This document shows positions 35,273-49,400 of a stretch of DNA of 64,000 nt, one piece after another; the first letter of the stretch is position 1, and each line of letters starts with the position of its first letter. The stretch lies in NCBI GenBank assembly GCA_013265495.1, contig MU058198.1, positions 1,934,419 to 1,998,418 of the forward strand, given 5' to 3'. Source of the DNA: Vicugna vicugna. Lineage: Eukaryota. The notes beneath the pieces were generated by a model. It saw only the letters and a list, made by a program, of their open reading frames with translations, was not told where the DNA came from and made no database searches. The translations under genes and the position numbers were made by a program.

Positions 35273-37655
35273 TTTAAATATTTGGTTTTAAAGTCACCAT
35301 CTTTTGATGTATTTCCTATTTGTGGAACCAGTTCTACATTTCTTTTTCTCTCTTGACTAACTCTCATTTTGCTTGATTGAATTATCTTATTTCCTTTTTT
35401 CTCTATGAGTTTAATATTTTGTACTCTTTTGCTGTTATTTTAGTATTTCACATTAATACAACATGCACTTTGGTTTATCTCTGATTAATATTAATTGGAA
35501 CTTTTGCAGTGCTTACAGAAATTGCAGAACACTGACTCCATTTATATATTATGCTATGTTCTCATGTATTGTATTTCTACATATAATTCAGTCCCTTCAG
35601 CCATCATCACTGTTTTATGAACTTAAAAATTATTTAGATGTATTCCTTTTTTGTTTCCCTGTATTTCTTTTGGTATATTTTATCTTCCACATGCATACTT
35701 TCCTTCTACAAACAAGATCCTTAATTAAGCATTTTTAAATTTAGTTTTCTAATGACAAAATTTTATTTCCTTGATTTTGTCTTTTCACTTAATTCTTGAA
35801 AGATCTCCTTTGCTTGGTATAAAATTGGTTTGTAGTTATTTCCTTACAGCACTTTGAGTACCTTTATTTTAATCTCTGCTCCTTTATTTCTCTGTTATTT
35901 GCTCTGTTCTTTTTTTACTCGTATTGGTACTCCATTTATGTATTCATTAAATTCTGTGACTATTTCTGTCACTATATTCTTTATTTTTCTATCTTTTTGT
36001 CTATGTTTGAGTATTTTCTTCTGAAAAAATTTCCAGACACTAATTTCTCTTCAACTGTGTCGAATCTGCAGTTATGCCATCCACTGAGGTTAAATTCATT
36101 TGTGAGGTTAAATTCCTTTCATAGTTTTCTGTTTTAGAATTATTTGGCTGTTTTTCATATTTGTTATGCCGTTGGCATAGTTCAAGTTCTCTTCTCAAAT
36201 TCTCAATCCTGTCTTTTTTTCTCTTTGAACATAGCAGTTACAGTTATTTGAAAGTCTTTTGGCTGATCATTTTAACATACGGAACCCTTTAAAGTGTTCC
36301 TATTGTTTGTTTCTTAGCTTCTCATTCATGTAACCTTACTTTTCTCTGTCTAATGTTGTTTTATATTATATGATAGCAATTATATTTGGACTTATTTTTA
36401 AGGAAAATTTTGATCTAATCTGTTTCATAATTCCTACAGAGAGTTTGTTTGTTTGCTTGCTTACTTTTATCTGGCACCTTGGTTACATCTCAGAGACTGA
36501 GCTGCTTTGGAGCTCTGTTTCAGCATCTTCAATGTGCAACCAGCTTCTTGTTTACCTTAACTCTTAGCAGCCCAAAGGAAGGAAATTTTCCTAGCCTACC
36601 CTCAACCCAGGTCTTTGTACTTACATGAGGCTATGAAAACAGCTACTTAGCTTCCCAGTCTCTCAGTTGCCTCTTCAGGAATTGACAGTGCCGAGGGGAA
36701 AAGATTCCCCACATGCTAGGCCTGCCTCTGCAAATTTCCTAGTTCTCCTTGTACTTAGCAGGAATGTTGCTCTGAATAACTTATTCCCCTCTCCCTGAAG
36801 GTAGACAGGTTATTTTCATATCTGCTGGGTTTGTAGTTATGCCTGCCTTTACATTCTGAATATTACATATTTATACATTCCTTTTTATCTTGATGAATTT
36901 CACCAGAGATTTGCCTACTTTACTACTCTTTAAAAAATATGTATGATTTTATTGTTTTTCTCTGTTAATTTCTATTTTCTGTTTCACACATGTATGCATT
37001 TAGCTTTACTTCTTTTCTCCTACTTTGGTTGTGTGTGTTCTGTTGGGGTTTTTTCTGACTCATCAAATTGTATCCTAAGACATTTTAAATCTCTCTTGCT
37101 TTTTCACATAAGAACGTAAAAGTATACATTCCCATCTAAGTATAACATTAGCGATAGTATTGAGATACAGTATTTTTATTATCAGTTGATTTTATGTATT
37201 TTAAATTCCCTCTAGTTTCTCCTTTGACAGATGAACTGCTTAGAAGTATTTTTAAATTCATAAATCTTCAGGAATCTTTAACTCATCTTTTTATGTATTT
37301 TCACCCTAATGCAACTGGGATCATAGGCTGTGTTCTGTATGATACTCATCGTTTTAAATTTATTGGGCTGTTGCTTTGATGCCTAGAATATGTGCAATAT
37401 AAATGCTTTATGTGTGCTTGAACAACAATCCTAGAACTTTATTAAATATTAAGGAAATTATTAGAAAAATAGAAACAATTTAATTTTCTTTATAATTTGT
37501 AATCATTATTGTTATCAATCTTTGAGACTGATTAAGGAGAAAATTAGGATAAAGAAGTAATACTGTTATTTGCTTAATGTTCACATTATTAGGTAACTTG
37601 ACATTAAAAATCTTTTTCTCCATCCCTGAAGTTGAGCATACATACTTGTAGAAGA

Positions 37656-37715
37656 ATGGATTTGTTGACACTCAAGCAATTTGCAGTGCTCCTCTGGAAA
37701 AATTTTACCTTAAAG
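37656..37715 (+). CDS. Gene 2 first coding exon ([20 protein letters not shown])
   Basis: Strong Kozak context aagaATGG, xLxxKN ABCA N-terminal motif, aag|gtatgt donor, likely acceptor at 37631. Confidence 0.92.
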
Positions 37716-40419
37716 GTATGTAAATGTATTTGTGGAAAGTGTTCATAAATGCCCATTTGTTGCAATTCAGATTTTGTATGTGGGTGTGGATGGGCACGTG
37801 CTCCCATGCACAAGCTTTTGAAAAATCAATTCCAGAGCTGTAGGTGGCTCTTCTAAATCTGTTAAGCTGAGTTAGTCAATAGTATGGTATGACCTATAAG
37901 AAAGTTGAAAGGGGAGTGGGAGGGATGATGTGAGATAGTCCAGGAAACACTGGCTGTTTCAGAGTGAAATTGGCAGAACTTTTTATAATAGAACTACCCG
38001 TTTGCATTGAATGTGTACTCTGACGTGAATTGACACTATCTCTTTGTTTCTCTTCCAGAGGAGGCAGTTCTTCAGTTTAATTTTCGAAGTCCTTACAGCA
38101 TTGGTGTTTCCAGTGATGCTTTTGCTATTCCGTGCAATTATTAAGTTACCTGTTAATGGACCTTACAATTTTACTTCTCAGCCCATCAGAACTCTGCCTC
38201 CTTTCCTCCAAAATCCTAGAGAATGGAAATTGATTTACGTGCCTTCTAAAATTGATGTGGTAAAAGAGATCACTGAGAATGTGAAGAGGAATCTAAACAT
38301 TGATATAAGAGGTTAGAAATTAAGATTTTCTATAAAACTTATTATTTATGATTGTTTTTGATGGAGCTAAAGAGATGTAGAAAAAAGAAGAAAGCTGGAG
38401 GAATCACACTCCCCAATTTTAAGACTTAGAATATAACTGAAGTTATAAAGACAGTGTGGTATTGGTGGAAGGATAAACACACAGAGCAAAGAAACAGAAT
38501 AAAGAAACCCAAAGATAGACCTACAGAAATTTGCCAAAATATGGTACAAAGCAGTTCAGTGGAAGGATTGATTTTTTTCAGCAAATATTGCTGACTAATT
38601 GGACATCAACGGCTAAAACAATGAAATATTCTACCTAATGCAAAAATAATATCAAAATGGATCACAGATCTAAAAGTAAAATGGGAAAACTTTTAGGAGA
38701 GAACATAGCAGAAAATCTTTGTAACTTAGGGCTAGTTGAAGAATTCTTTGACGTGATAGCAAAAGCATCATCCATGAAAGAAAAAAATGGATAAAGTGGA
38801 CTTCTGATATATATTACTAGTGGTTGCTCTTGTAGTTAAAATATACATACTTAATTTTTTTCATAGGCTACTTAGAACTATCATTTTACTACTTTATCAT
38901 AATGTTACATGTTTACCAGGTTACAGATCCTGTTATATTTCCCACTTTGTTTTAGCTTTCATGTCTACGTAAGTTGAAAACTTCACTAGAAAATGATATA
39001 ATTCACACAAATATTTTGAAGATCTTGAGAAACTTATTTACCCAGATGTTTCCCATAGCTGCTGCTCTTCCTTCATTTTCAGTGTTCTAAGTTTTCTTCT
39101 AAGTTCAATTTCTTTTTATTTTCCTTCTTTCTGAAAAACTTACAATTTTTTAGAGCAGATCTACCAGCAATGAATTCTTTTTGTTTTCCTTCATGTGTGA
39201 ATGTCTTTATTTTAACTTCATTCCTGAAGGTTGTTTTTTTGGTACAGAATTCTGGGTTGAGAGTCTTTTCTTTAAAAATTTAAAAAATATTTGCCACTTT
39301 CTTCTGATCTCCTTGGTTTCTGAAAAGAACCTGCAGTCATTTGAATCCTTGTTTACCCGTAGGCAGTGTCATTTCTCTCTGTCTGGTTTCAGGATTTTTT
39401 TTTTTTGTCTTTATTTGTCAAGAGTTTGATTGTGATATGTCTATGTACTTATTTTGGCTTATTCTATTTGGGGTTCACATTCTGTTTGGGGTTCACTGAG
39501 CCTTTTGAATCTGTAAGTTTAGCAAAATTTGGAGACTTTTTCAACAGTTATTTCTTAAAATTGTTTTTCAACGCAGCCTTCTTTCTCCTCTTCTAGGACT
39601 ACGATGGCAAAAATGCTCAACGTTTTGTATTGTCCCACAGGTCATTGATGCTGTCTTCAACTTTTTTCCGGTTTGTTTTCCTCTATTGTTCAGATTAGGC
39701 AATTTCTACCAATCAATCTTGAATGACTGCTTCCTCTGTTATATATATATACAGCCATTGAGTCAACAAATGAGTTTTCTTTTCAAGTATAATTTAAAGT
39801 GATCACCTGATTAATCTTAATTTCTTTTAAAATAACTTTTTTGAGATATAAGGCACATTCCATTCATTCACCCATTTAAATTGTACAATTCAGTGGCTTT
39901 CAGTATATTTACAGAGTTTTGCAACCATTAGCACAATCAGTTTTTTAAGTTGAAGTGTAGTCAATTTACAATATTGTGTCAGGTTCTAGTGTACAGCAGA
40001 GTGATTCAGTTATATATTATATATGTATATATTCCTTTTCATATTCTTTTTCATTATAGGCTATTACAGTATATTTAATATAATTCCCTGTGCTGTAGGA
40101 TAGGACCTTGTTGTTTATCTATTTTACATATAGTAGTTAGTATCTGCAAATCTCAGATTCCCAATTTATCTCTCTTACCAACTTTCCCTCCTGGTAACCG
40201 TAAGTTAGTTTCTGTGAAAGTCTGTTTTGGTTTTGTAAATAAGTTCATTTGTGTGATTTTCTTAAAGATTCCACATAGAAGTGATAGCATATGGTATTTG
40301 GTGTTTTTCTTTCTATTTCTACCTTACTTCACTTAGTATGACAATCTCCAGGTCCATGTTGCTGCAAGTGGGCATTATTTCATTCTTTGTTGATGGCTGA
40401 GTAGTATTCCATTGTGTAA

Positions 40420-40454
<35 letters not shown>

Positions 40455-43400
40455 GGACAACTTCTTTATCCCGTCATCTGTCAATGGGCATTTAGATTGC
40501 TTCCATGTCTTGGCTACTGTAAAGAGTGCTGATATGAACATTAGGGTGCATATATCTTTTTTAATTAGTCTCCTCTGGATATACAGCCAGGAGTAGGATT
40601 GTTGGATCATATGGTAAGTCTATTTTTAGTTTTTTAAGGAATCTCCATACTGTTTTCCAAAATGGCTGCACTAAACTACATTCTCACAAAGACTGTAGGA
40701 AGGTTCCCTTTTCTCCACATCCTCTTCAGCATTTATTGTTTGTACCACAGTCAATTTTGAAGCATTTTGATCACCAAATATAAATCCTGTAATCTTTAGT
40801 TATGACCTCACAATTACCCATCCCTACCAGGATTAGAAAAACACTAAGCTATTTTTTGTTTCTACAGATTTGCCTATTATAAACCTTTTTATATAAATGG
40901 TTTACATGTAAGTATTTTATATAAATAGTTTACAGAGATATTTTATATCAGTTTTATATAAATGCATTATGTGGTCTTTTGTGACCGGCTTCTTTTACTT
41001 AGTATAATGTTTTCAGGGTTCATCCACGATGTTGCATTTACCAGTACTTTGTTCTTTTTCATTGTCAAATAAAATCCCAGTGTATGGATACACTGCATTC
41101 AGTTGGCATATCCTTCATCAGTTGGTGAACATTTGGCTTGTTTCAACCTTTTGGCTATGATAACTGATACTACTAAGAACATTCATCTGTAGGTTTTATG
41201 TAGACATATGTTTTTATTTCTCTTGGGTATATACCTAAGAGTAGAGTGAATAGGTCATGTGGTAACTCTATTTTTTAACTTTTTCTGGGACTACCACACT
41301 GTTATCTAAAATTGTTATACCATTTTACATTCTGGTCAGCAGTGTATGAGGGTTCCAACTTTCCTGCATCTTCACCAGCACTTCTTCTTGTCTGTCTTTT
41401 TGATTATAGTCATCTCAGTGGATGTGAAATGGTGTCTCATTGTGATTTCAATTTGCATTTCCCTGATCACTAGTGATTTATCTCTATATGTGTTTTTTAA
41501 TGATTACTATTTAAAATTGTAGTAAAATTTTATAAAATACCTAAAATGTTTTGAACCCCAAATATCTAGTAAGTAATTGTGATACCAATATTTGAGAAAC
41601 TGTGGCCTTAAGTTTACACTATTTCGATAGGCTTTTGTCCATATAAAGTAATATCTCTTCTCTCAGAAGGAATTATCAGATGTTTTTACTTAAGTGAACA
41701 ATTTTGTCTCTCTGCAGCTCAAGGCTTTTCTTCAGAATCTGAGTTTGAGGAGTATGTTAAGTATGACTATGGATCTTACAAAGTGCTGGCTGCCATTGTT
41801 TTTGACTGTGACTTCAAAAACAGCGGTGATCCTCTGCCGCTTCAGGTGAGAAAGTTGTATTCCGAGTTTTCTAAATAAATAGCTTTCTAGTAATTGCACT
41901 TCCAGTTTCCAGGGTTTTAATGAATTTCATATTAACCCTCTTTTATAAGTGAAGAAACTAATTTTCCCAAGTTCAAACTACTAATATACAGTAGGGCAAG
42001 TCCATATCTGAGTAACTTTAATTTCTATGTTCTTACCTACTGCATCATGCTGATAAGGGCAGAACTGTATCTTCCACTCACAAGACCTTAGATTAATGGG
42101 ACACACTTTAACTACTTGTGCAATGCTTCTAAGTTCTACAAAGGGTAGTAAGACAGGTAAGCCTCAAAGCAGATGCATCTTCACTAACAGACAAGCAAGC
42201 ATGGAAAGATCCTTTATCTTTGAATGAAACACAGAATTTAGATCCTTTCATAAATCTCTAGGGAAAAGTCTCAGCCACAGTGATTAAGAATAGAATATTC
42301 ATAGGCATATAGCCCATGAGAAGGAGAGAAAGCAACAGTGTGTGGTGTCTCTTTAGCAGATCTTATAGATGGTATGTCCTGGCGGTGATGGAAATAAATG
42401 GGCTCCAGCTACACATGGAGCCAAATTTTATATTTAGAACACAGATACTCGTCAGTAGAAGGGAAAATTAATAAAACCGCTAGTAGGATAGTACATATTT
42501 TTTCTGTGTGTCCCATCCTTCCAAGACTTTTTTCATCTGTGCCAACTTCCATTTACTAAGTCAGAATTATCCATATGCTGATATGGATTTAGGGTCAGCA
42601 AAATACATTGGCTCCAAGTGTCTTCAGTGACGTTTCAAGTTTCATTCTCATTGCTGATTGAGCATGCTTGTGTCCCAGATATTTGAACTAGATTTCTGAC
42701 ATCAGAAATTCCCCAAATTATGTGTCTAGGTGCTTGGTCTATTTTTTTCTCCAGCTTTATTGCGGTACACATGACATGTAACACTGTGTGCGTTTAACAT
42801 GTACAATGTGATGATTTGAAACGTGTATATTTTGAAATGATTGCCATAATAAGGTTAATTGACATATTCCTCACCTCACAGAATTACTACTTTGTGTGTG
42901 TGGTGAGAATATTTAAGATGAGTAAGTACTTGGGATCTAATGTACAGCATGCTGCTTGGTCTGTTTTGATGAATTTTTAAACAAATCTTTTGATCTCTGT
43001 TGATGACTTCATGTATAGCATAGAGCTTCTAATATCTACCAGCTTTCCTGCATCTTAGATGACTTTCTTTACAGGCTCTTTTGTCCACCTACAAGTGCCA
43101 CAAGGATCCACGTAAACCTCACATATGATCACTGTCCTGATAAAAAGACCTTAGTGACTTCCCATTGCTCCAGGCTCATGTCCAGAGTGCTTTGCACAAG
43201 GCACATGGCTATCAGTATCCTAGTGCTTGGATATCTCTGCCACTCCTTAACCATTCTTTCTGCTGCAGCAATACTTAACTGCCAGATGAACCATATTATT
43301 TTTTGCTTCTAGGCCTTTGGTCACTTTTTCTCTACTGTAGGAATGCTGCTATGAACTCCCATTCAAACTCCCATTCACCTTCTACACCTGTTCCTTTTCT

Positions 43401-46400
43401 GCCTTTTTATCATAACCTTTTCTGTCTTTTCATCATAACCTGTCTTCATCATACCTTGTCCATATTTCTGTTAGTCAAAATTCATATGGGAGTATAAACA
43501 CTACTGAAGGTATTTCAACAAAAGGATTTTAATAGGAAATATTTATGCATTCACATTCTAGATTTTAGTCACTCTTGACCAACACTTCAGAGGGTCGAGC
43601 TTGCTCACCTGTTCAGGTGAACCATCCCCTTCTTGAGCCCTTAGTTATCTGGTCATAATTGCTTCAATGTGTCTTCACTGTTTTCAGAAACTCTCAAGTT
43701 TCAGACATAACCTCACTCTGCTTTCATTATATAACAGCAAACTTAATCATGATTAATTGCTCCCTCTTATATGGTAACTTGTTCATTTGTGTGTGTACCA
43801 GTGCAAATAGCTCAGTATTACTGGGTGATAATTATAAAGGTCTTCAGTGGAAGTTTTACTGTGTCCCCTCTTGAAAGTGTTCTACCCCAGGAAACAAAGC
43901 CTTTAATGTAGCAGAACTTAAGTTTGTGAGGATGGGAGGTATAAGTAGGTTTCTAGGAGTGATGGTAATAACAGCTAACTCTACTTCCAAGGCTTGGTTC
44001 ACATACCCTCATGTTTTACAGGAACACAGGGCCATATATCAGTTATTGTTACATAGACTTTATCTCGTAGAACAGTGTCCCAGAGTAGCAGAGTGTTATC
44101 CTTAGCTGAAATTTAATAGGCATTTTCAATTTCTTCTCTCAGGCCTCCTGCTTCTCTCAGCCTCTGGTAAGCAGATGTCTTACTAGGGCATTTACAGTAG
44201 TTGTCACTTCCTGTTTATCAGGTCTAAATGTAAATGCACATGCAAAGGACTTAAAATATCTGAAACAATTTTGTAAAAGAATAACAAAGTTGGAAGACAT
44301 ATAAAACTTATTATAAGACTTAAATAATCAATACAGTGCGTTACTGGCATATGATCAACAAGTACATCTATGAAACAGAATTGAAATCCCAGAAGTAAAC
44401 TCTCTGATACAATCATTTGACTTTTGACAAAGGCACCGAAGAAATCTGATGAGGAAAGGAAGATGTTTTCAATAAACAGTGCTATAATGATTCGATATAC
44501 GTGGGGAAAAAGGATCTTGAGCTCACTCACACTACGTGCAAAACATTAATACATGGTGGATTATAGATTTAAATGTCAAAGCTAAAACTAATGCTTTTGG
44601 AGTGAAACATAAACAGATACCATCTTGAGGGTAGCAAAAGTTTTTCAGGTCACAAAAAGCAATAACCATAAAAAAAATTAATGGATTGGCTTTTATTGAA
44701 CTTTTAGAAACTTTTTATCATCAAAAGACACTGTTGACTTCTGGTCTGGGCAAGATGGTGTGGACTCATTTCTCCCTGTCTTTCCTCGCTAAGCACAGCT
44801 ATACACTCCGGACATAATGCAGAGGCAAAGAAAAACTCTGAAAGGTGATAGGAAATCTACAAAAAGGTTAAGACCCCAGGCCTGGAGGATCAATGCAGGG
44901 GCACACACCTTACTGTTCTACACCCAAAAGAGGACAACCAAGACCCAGCGTTGTCTGTCCTCCAGCCTAGCAATAGAACACAGCCCAGTTAGGCTCATTT
45001 CACTCCAAGATCAAATGGAAGCATTTCTGACATTAGGTGACTCCAGTACCCCCAGCATGAGGAATGGAGAGAGTGCCTTGCTAAAAATTAGTGGCCAGGA
45101 AAATACTTTCCTTCCCCACCAGGCCTGAGATACCTTCTCCTGCCAATGTATACTGAGGCATAGGAATAGAAGCAAGAGGGATTCAGACGTAAGTAGCCCA
45201 GTCTGGAAAGTCATCTCCACAGGTCTCAGACGCCCCTCATGGCAAGACACTGCCGTGGGTGGGACAGTGGAACCATCAGTAGAGACGCAGATACAAAAAG
45301 TGGCCAGATCCAGGAAGCTGCTTTGATACCATGAGCCTGAGACTTGCTTTTCCTGCCCAGATACATTAGGGGAGCCAGGGCACAATGGTAGGGGGACTCC
45401 ACTACAAGAAGTCCAAAACTCAAGAAGCACTCTGTGTCCCATGCAGACAGGTAGGATCCTACAGCAAGTGCTCAATCAGGAAAGCCTCTTCCTTCCTGTG
45501 GGCCTGAAAATCCTCTCCCATGGGGAGACACCAGGGCAGACAGGAAGAGCTGGCAAGAGGAACCCAGCCACAGAAGAGGTCCAGGCCAGGAAGGCTTTTT
45601 GTGTCATGGGCCTCCTCTGCCCCCAGAAGGAAATCCCCTTCTGTTTCCTTTAGGCAGCACTAGCAAGAACCAGTGGGAGCCCCAGTGGTACCACATGAAC
45701 TAGGAGACCAAATAAATACTGAAAAGTCTCTGATAATTAAACTGTCATTGAAAAGTAGGCCAGCACCTGCATGCTAAACTGAAATAGGCTGACTGCCTGA
45801 TATAATAAAATATTTAGTTAGGATCCAGAGTTTCCTAAAATAATTGGCATAATGAACAGGGTAAAATAGAAAATCATCTATCACACCAAGAACCAGTCAA
45901 CTGACATGAGACCTGAAGTGAATCAGAGGTTGGAATTCTCTGAGAAAGATGTTCAAGCAGCCATTGTAAAATATGTTTCAGCAACAAATAAAAATTATCT
46001 TGAAACAAATGAAAAAAGTAGAAAATCTTAGCAAAGAAATAAAAGTTATAAACAAATTAGAAACCTCAAATTCAGTAACAAATGAAAACCTAGTTGGATG
46101 TTCTATTAATATTAAGCAGAGTGGACAGAGCAGAGGATATAACACTGAGGAATAAATTTAGCCAAGGAGGTGCAAAGAGTGTGTGCTGAAAACTACCAAA
46201 TATTGCAGAAAGAAATTAAAGAGCATGAAAATAAATGGAAAGATAGCCCAACTTCATGGGTAGGAAAACCTAATTTGTCAAGATAACAGTATTACCGATA
46301 GCTACCTAGATTCATTGCAAACCCTATCAAAATTCTAACAACCTTATTTGTGGTCTTTTAGATGATAGCCATTCTGACACATGTGAGATGATAGCTCATT

Positions 46401-49400
46401 GTTGTTTTGATTTGCATTTCTCTGATAATTAGTGAGGGTGAGCATCTTTTCATGTATCTGTTGGCCATCTGTATGTCTTCTTTTGGAATAATGTCTGTTC
46501 AAGTCTTCTGCCCATTTTTTGATTGAGTTCTTTGTTTTCTTGATATTGAGTTGTATGACTTGTTCATATATTTTGGATATTAACCCCTTACAGTTACATC
46601 ATTTACAAATATTTTCTCCCATTCTGTATGTTGTCTTTTCACTTTGTGTATGGTTCCCCTTATTGTGCCAAAGATTCTAAGTTTAATTTGGTCTCACTTG
46701 TTTATTTTTGCTTTTGTTTCCTAGTTCTTAGGAGACAGATGAAAAAAATGCAATTTAAGTCAGAGTGTTCTGCCTATATTCTTTTCTAGGAGTTTTGTGG
46801 TTTCCAGACTTAGATTTAGGTCTTTAAGCCACTTGGAGCTTGGTTTTGTATATAGTACGAGGGACTGTTCTAATTTCATTCTTTTACATGTAGCTGTCCA
46901 GTTTTCCCAACACTATTTGTTGAAGAGACTGTCTTTTCTACATGTATACTTTTGCCTCCTTTGTCATAGATCAGTTGGCCATAGGTGCGTTGGTCTATTT
47001 CTGGGCTCTCTGTTCATCTGTTCTGTTCCATTGATCTACTTGTCTGTTTTTAGCCAGTACCATAGTGTTTTGATTACTGTGGTTTTCTAGTATAGTGAAG
47101 TAATAGAGCATGGTACTTCCAGCTCTGTTCTTCATATTTCAAGATTGCTCTGGCTATTTGGGGTCTTTAGTGTTTACTTACAAATTGTAGACTTTTTTTA
47201 TTCTAGTTGGGTGAAAAATGCAGTTGGTATTTTGAGAGGAATTGCACTGAATCTGTAGATTGCCTTGAGTAGTATTCCAATCCATGAACAAAGTATATCT
47301 TTCCATCTGTGTCATCTTCAATTTCTCTCATCAGTGTTTTATAGTTTTCAGAGTACAGGTCTTTTACTGCTTTAGTTAGATTTATTCCTAGGTATTTTAT
47401 TCTTTCTGATGCAATGGTAAATGGGATTGTTTTCTTAATTTCTCTTTCTGATATTTTGTCATGGTTAGTGTATAGAAATGCAACAGATTTCTGTATCTTA
47501 ATGTTGTATCCTGCAACTTTACCACATTCATTGATAAACGCTAATAGTTCCTTCATGTTGTCTTTAGGATTTTCTCTGTATAGTATATGTCATTTACAGT
47601 CAGTGACAATTTGAATTATTTCTTTCAAATTTGAAATGAAGGGGGAAAAACATATGATTATCTCAATTGATGCAGAAAAAGCATTTTTATAAAATTCAGC
47701 ACCTTTCACTATTAGACTCTATGAAATAGGAATAGAAGGAAATGATCTCAACATAATGAAAGGCATGTATGCATAACCCACAGCAAGCATTATACTCAGT
47801 GGTGAAAGACTGAAATGAAGGCTTTTCCTCTAAGAACAGGAACCCGCTTTCTAAGAAAGGATGCTCACTTTCACCACTTTTTTTCAGTGTAGTGTTGGGG
47901 GTTCTAACCAGAGCAATTAGCCAATAAAAAGAAATACGACATCCAAATAGGAAAGAAAGAAGTAATTTTTGTTTGCTTCAGTTTTTAAATGATATGATCC
48001 TACATTAAAAATTCCTTAAAAAAATTTCTGAAGGCTCTGGAGCTACTAAATGAATTTTAAAAAGTAGCAGGATACAAAATCAATACTCAAAAATCAATTG
48101 CACTTCTATACTTAAACAAAGAATAATCTGAAAAGAAAATTACCAAAACAAGTTATTTACACTAGCATCAAAGTGGATAAAATACTTAGGAAATAACTAA
48201 GTAGGTGAAAGACTTGTACAATGAAAACTACAACACTTTGCTGAAAGAAATTTTGAAAAACATAAATAAATGGAAACACATCCCATTTTCATGGATTGGG
48301 AGACTAATATTGTTAAAATGTTAGTACTATACAGAGCAGTTCAGATTTCAATCCAATATCTATAAAATTCCCAACAATGTTTTTTCAGAAATAGAAAAAC
48401 CCATCCTAACATTCATATTATATCTCAAGTGACCCTGAATAGCTGAAACAATTTTGAAAAAAAAAAACCAGAAATGGTAGACTCACTTCCTCATTTCAAA
48501 ATTTACTATAAAGCAGCAGTAATCAAAACAGTATGGTTTTGGCATAAAGACAGACATATACACTAATGGAAGAGAATAGAGAGGCCAGAAATCAACATCA
48601 TTTGGCCAAATGCTTTTCAGCAAGGATGCCAGGACCATTCATTCATTGTGTAAAGGACGGTCTTTACAACAAATGGAATTAGGAAAACTGGATATCCAAA
48701 TACTAAAAAGGAATTTGGAACTATGTCTAATAGTATAGGTAGAAATGGACTCAAAATGGATCAAAGACCTAAGTGTAAGACCTAAGACTATAAAACCCTT
48801 AAATTAAGTTGGAGGAATTTAACATGAAAACATAAATCAAAATCTTAATAGCTTTGAATTTGGTAGTGATTTTTTTTTTGATGAGGCACCAAAGGCACAG
48901 GAAACAAACAAACAAAAAACAAATTGGACTTGATGAAAATTAAAAACTTTTGTGCATCAAAAGACACTATCCAAAGAGTAAAAAGACAACACACAGAATA
49001 GGAGAAAATATTTGCCAATCATGTATCTGATAGGGAATTAATATCCAGAATATATACAAAACTCCTAAAAGTCAACACAAAAACAAACAATCTAATTCAA
49101 AAATAGGGAAAGGATTTAAATAGTTACTTCTCCAAAGGAGATATATGATTGTTCCATAAGCACATGAAAGGATACTCAACACCAATAATCATTCAGGAAA
49201 TATATATCAAAACTATAATGAGATTCTACCTCATATTGATTAGGATGATTACCAACAAAAATAGAGAAACCAACAAGTGTTGGTTACCCAGTCTCTTACC
49301 CTCCCTCAGGCCACCCTGTTCCTTGAGGCAAAACAATATCAAAATTAGCTCAATTAATAACCCTCCAGTGGGCCTCTAAGTGTTCAAATGAAAGAAAGGG

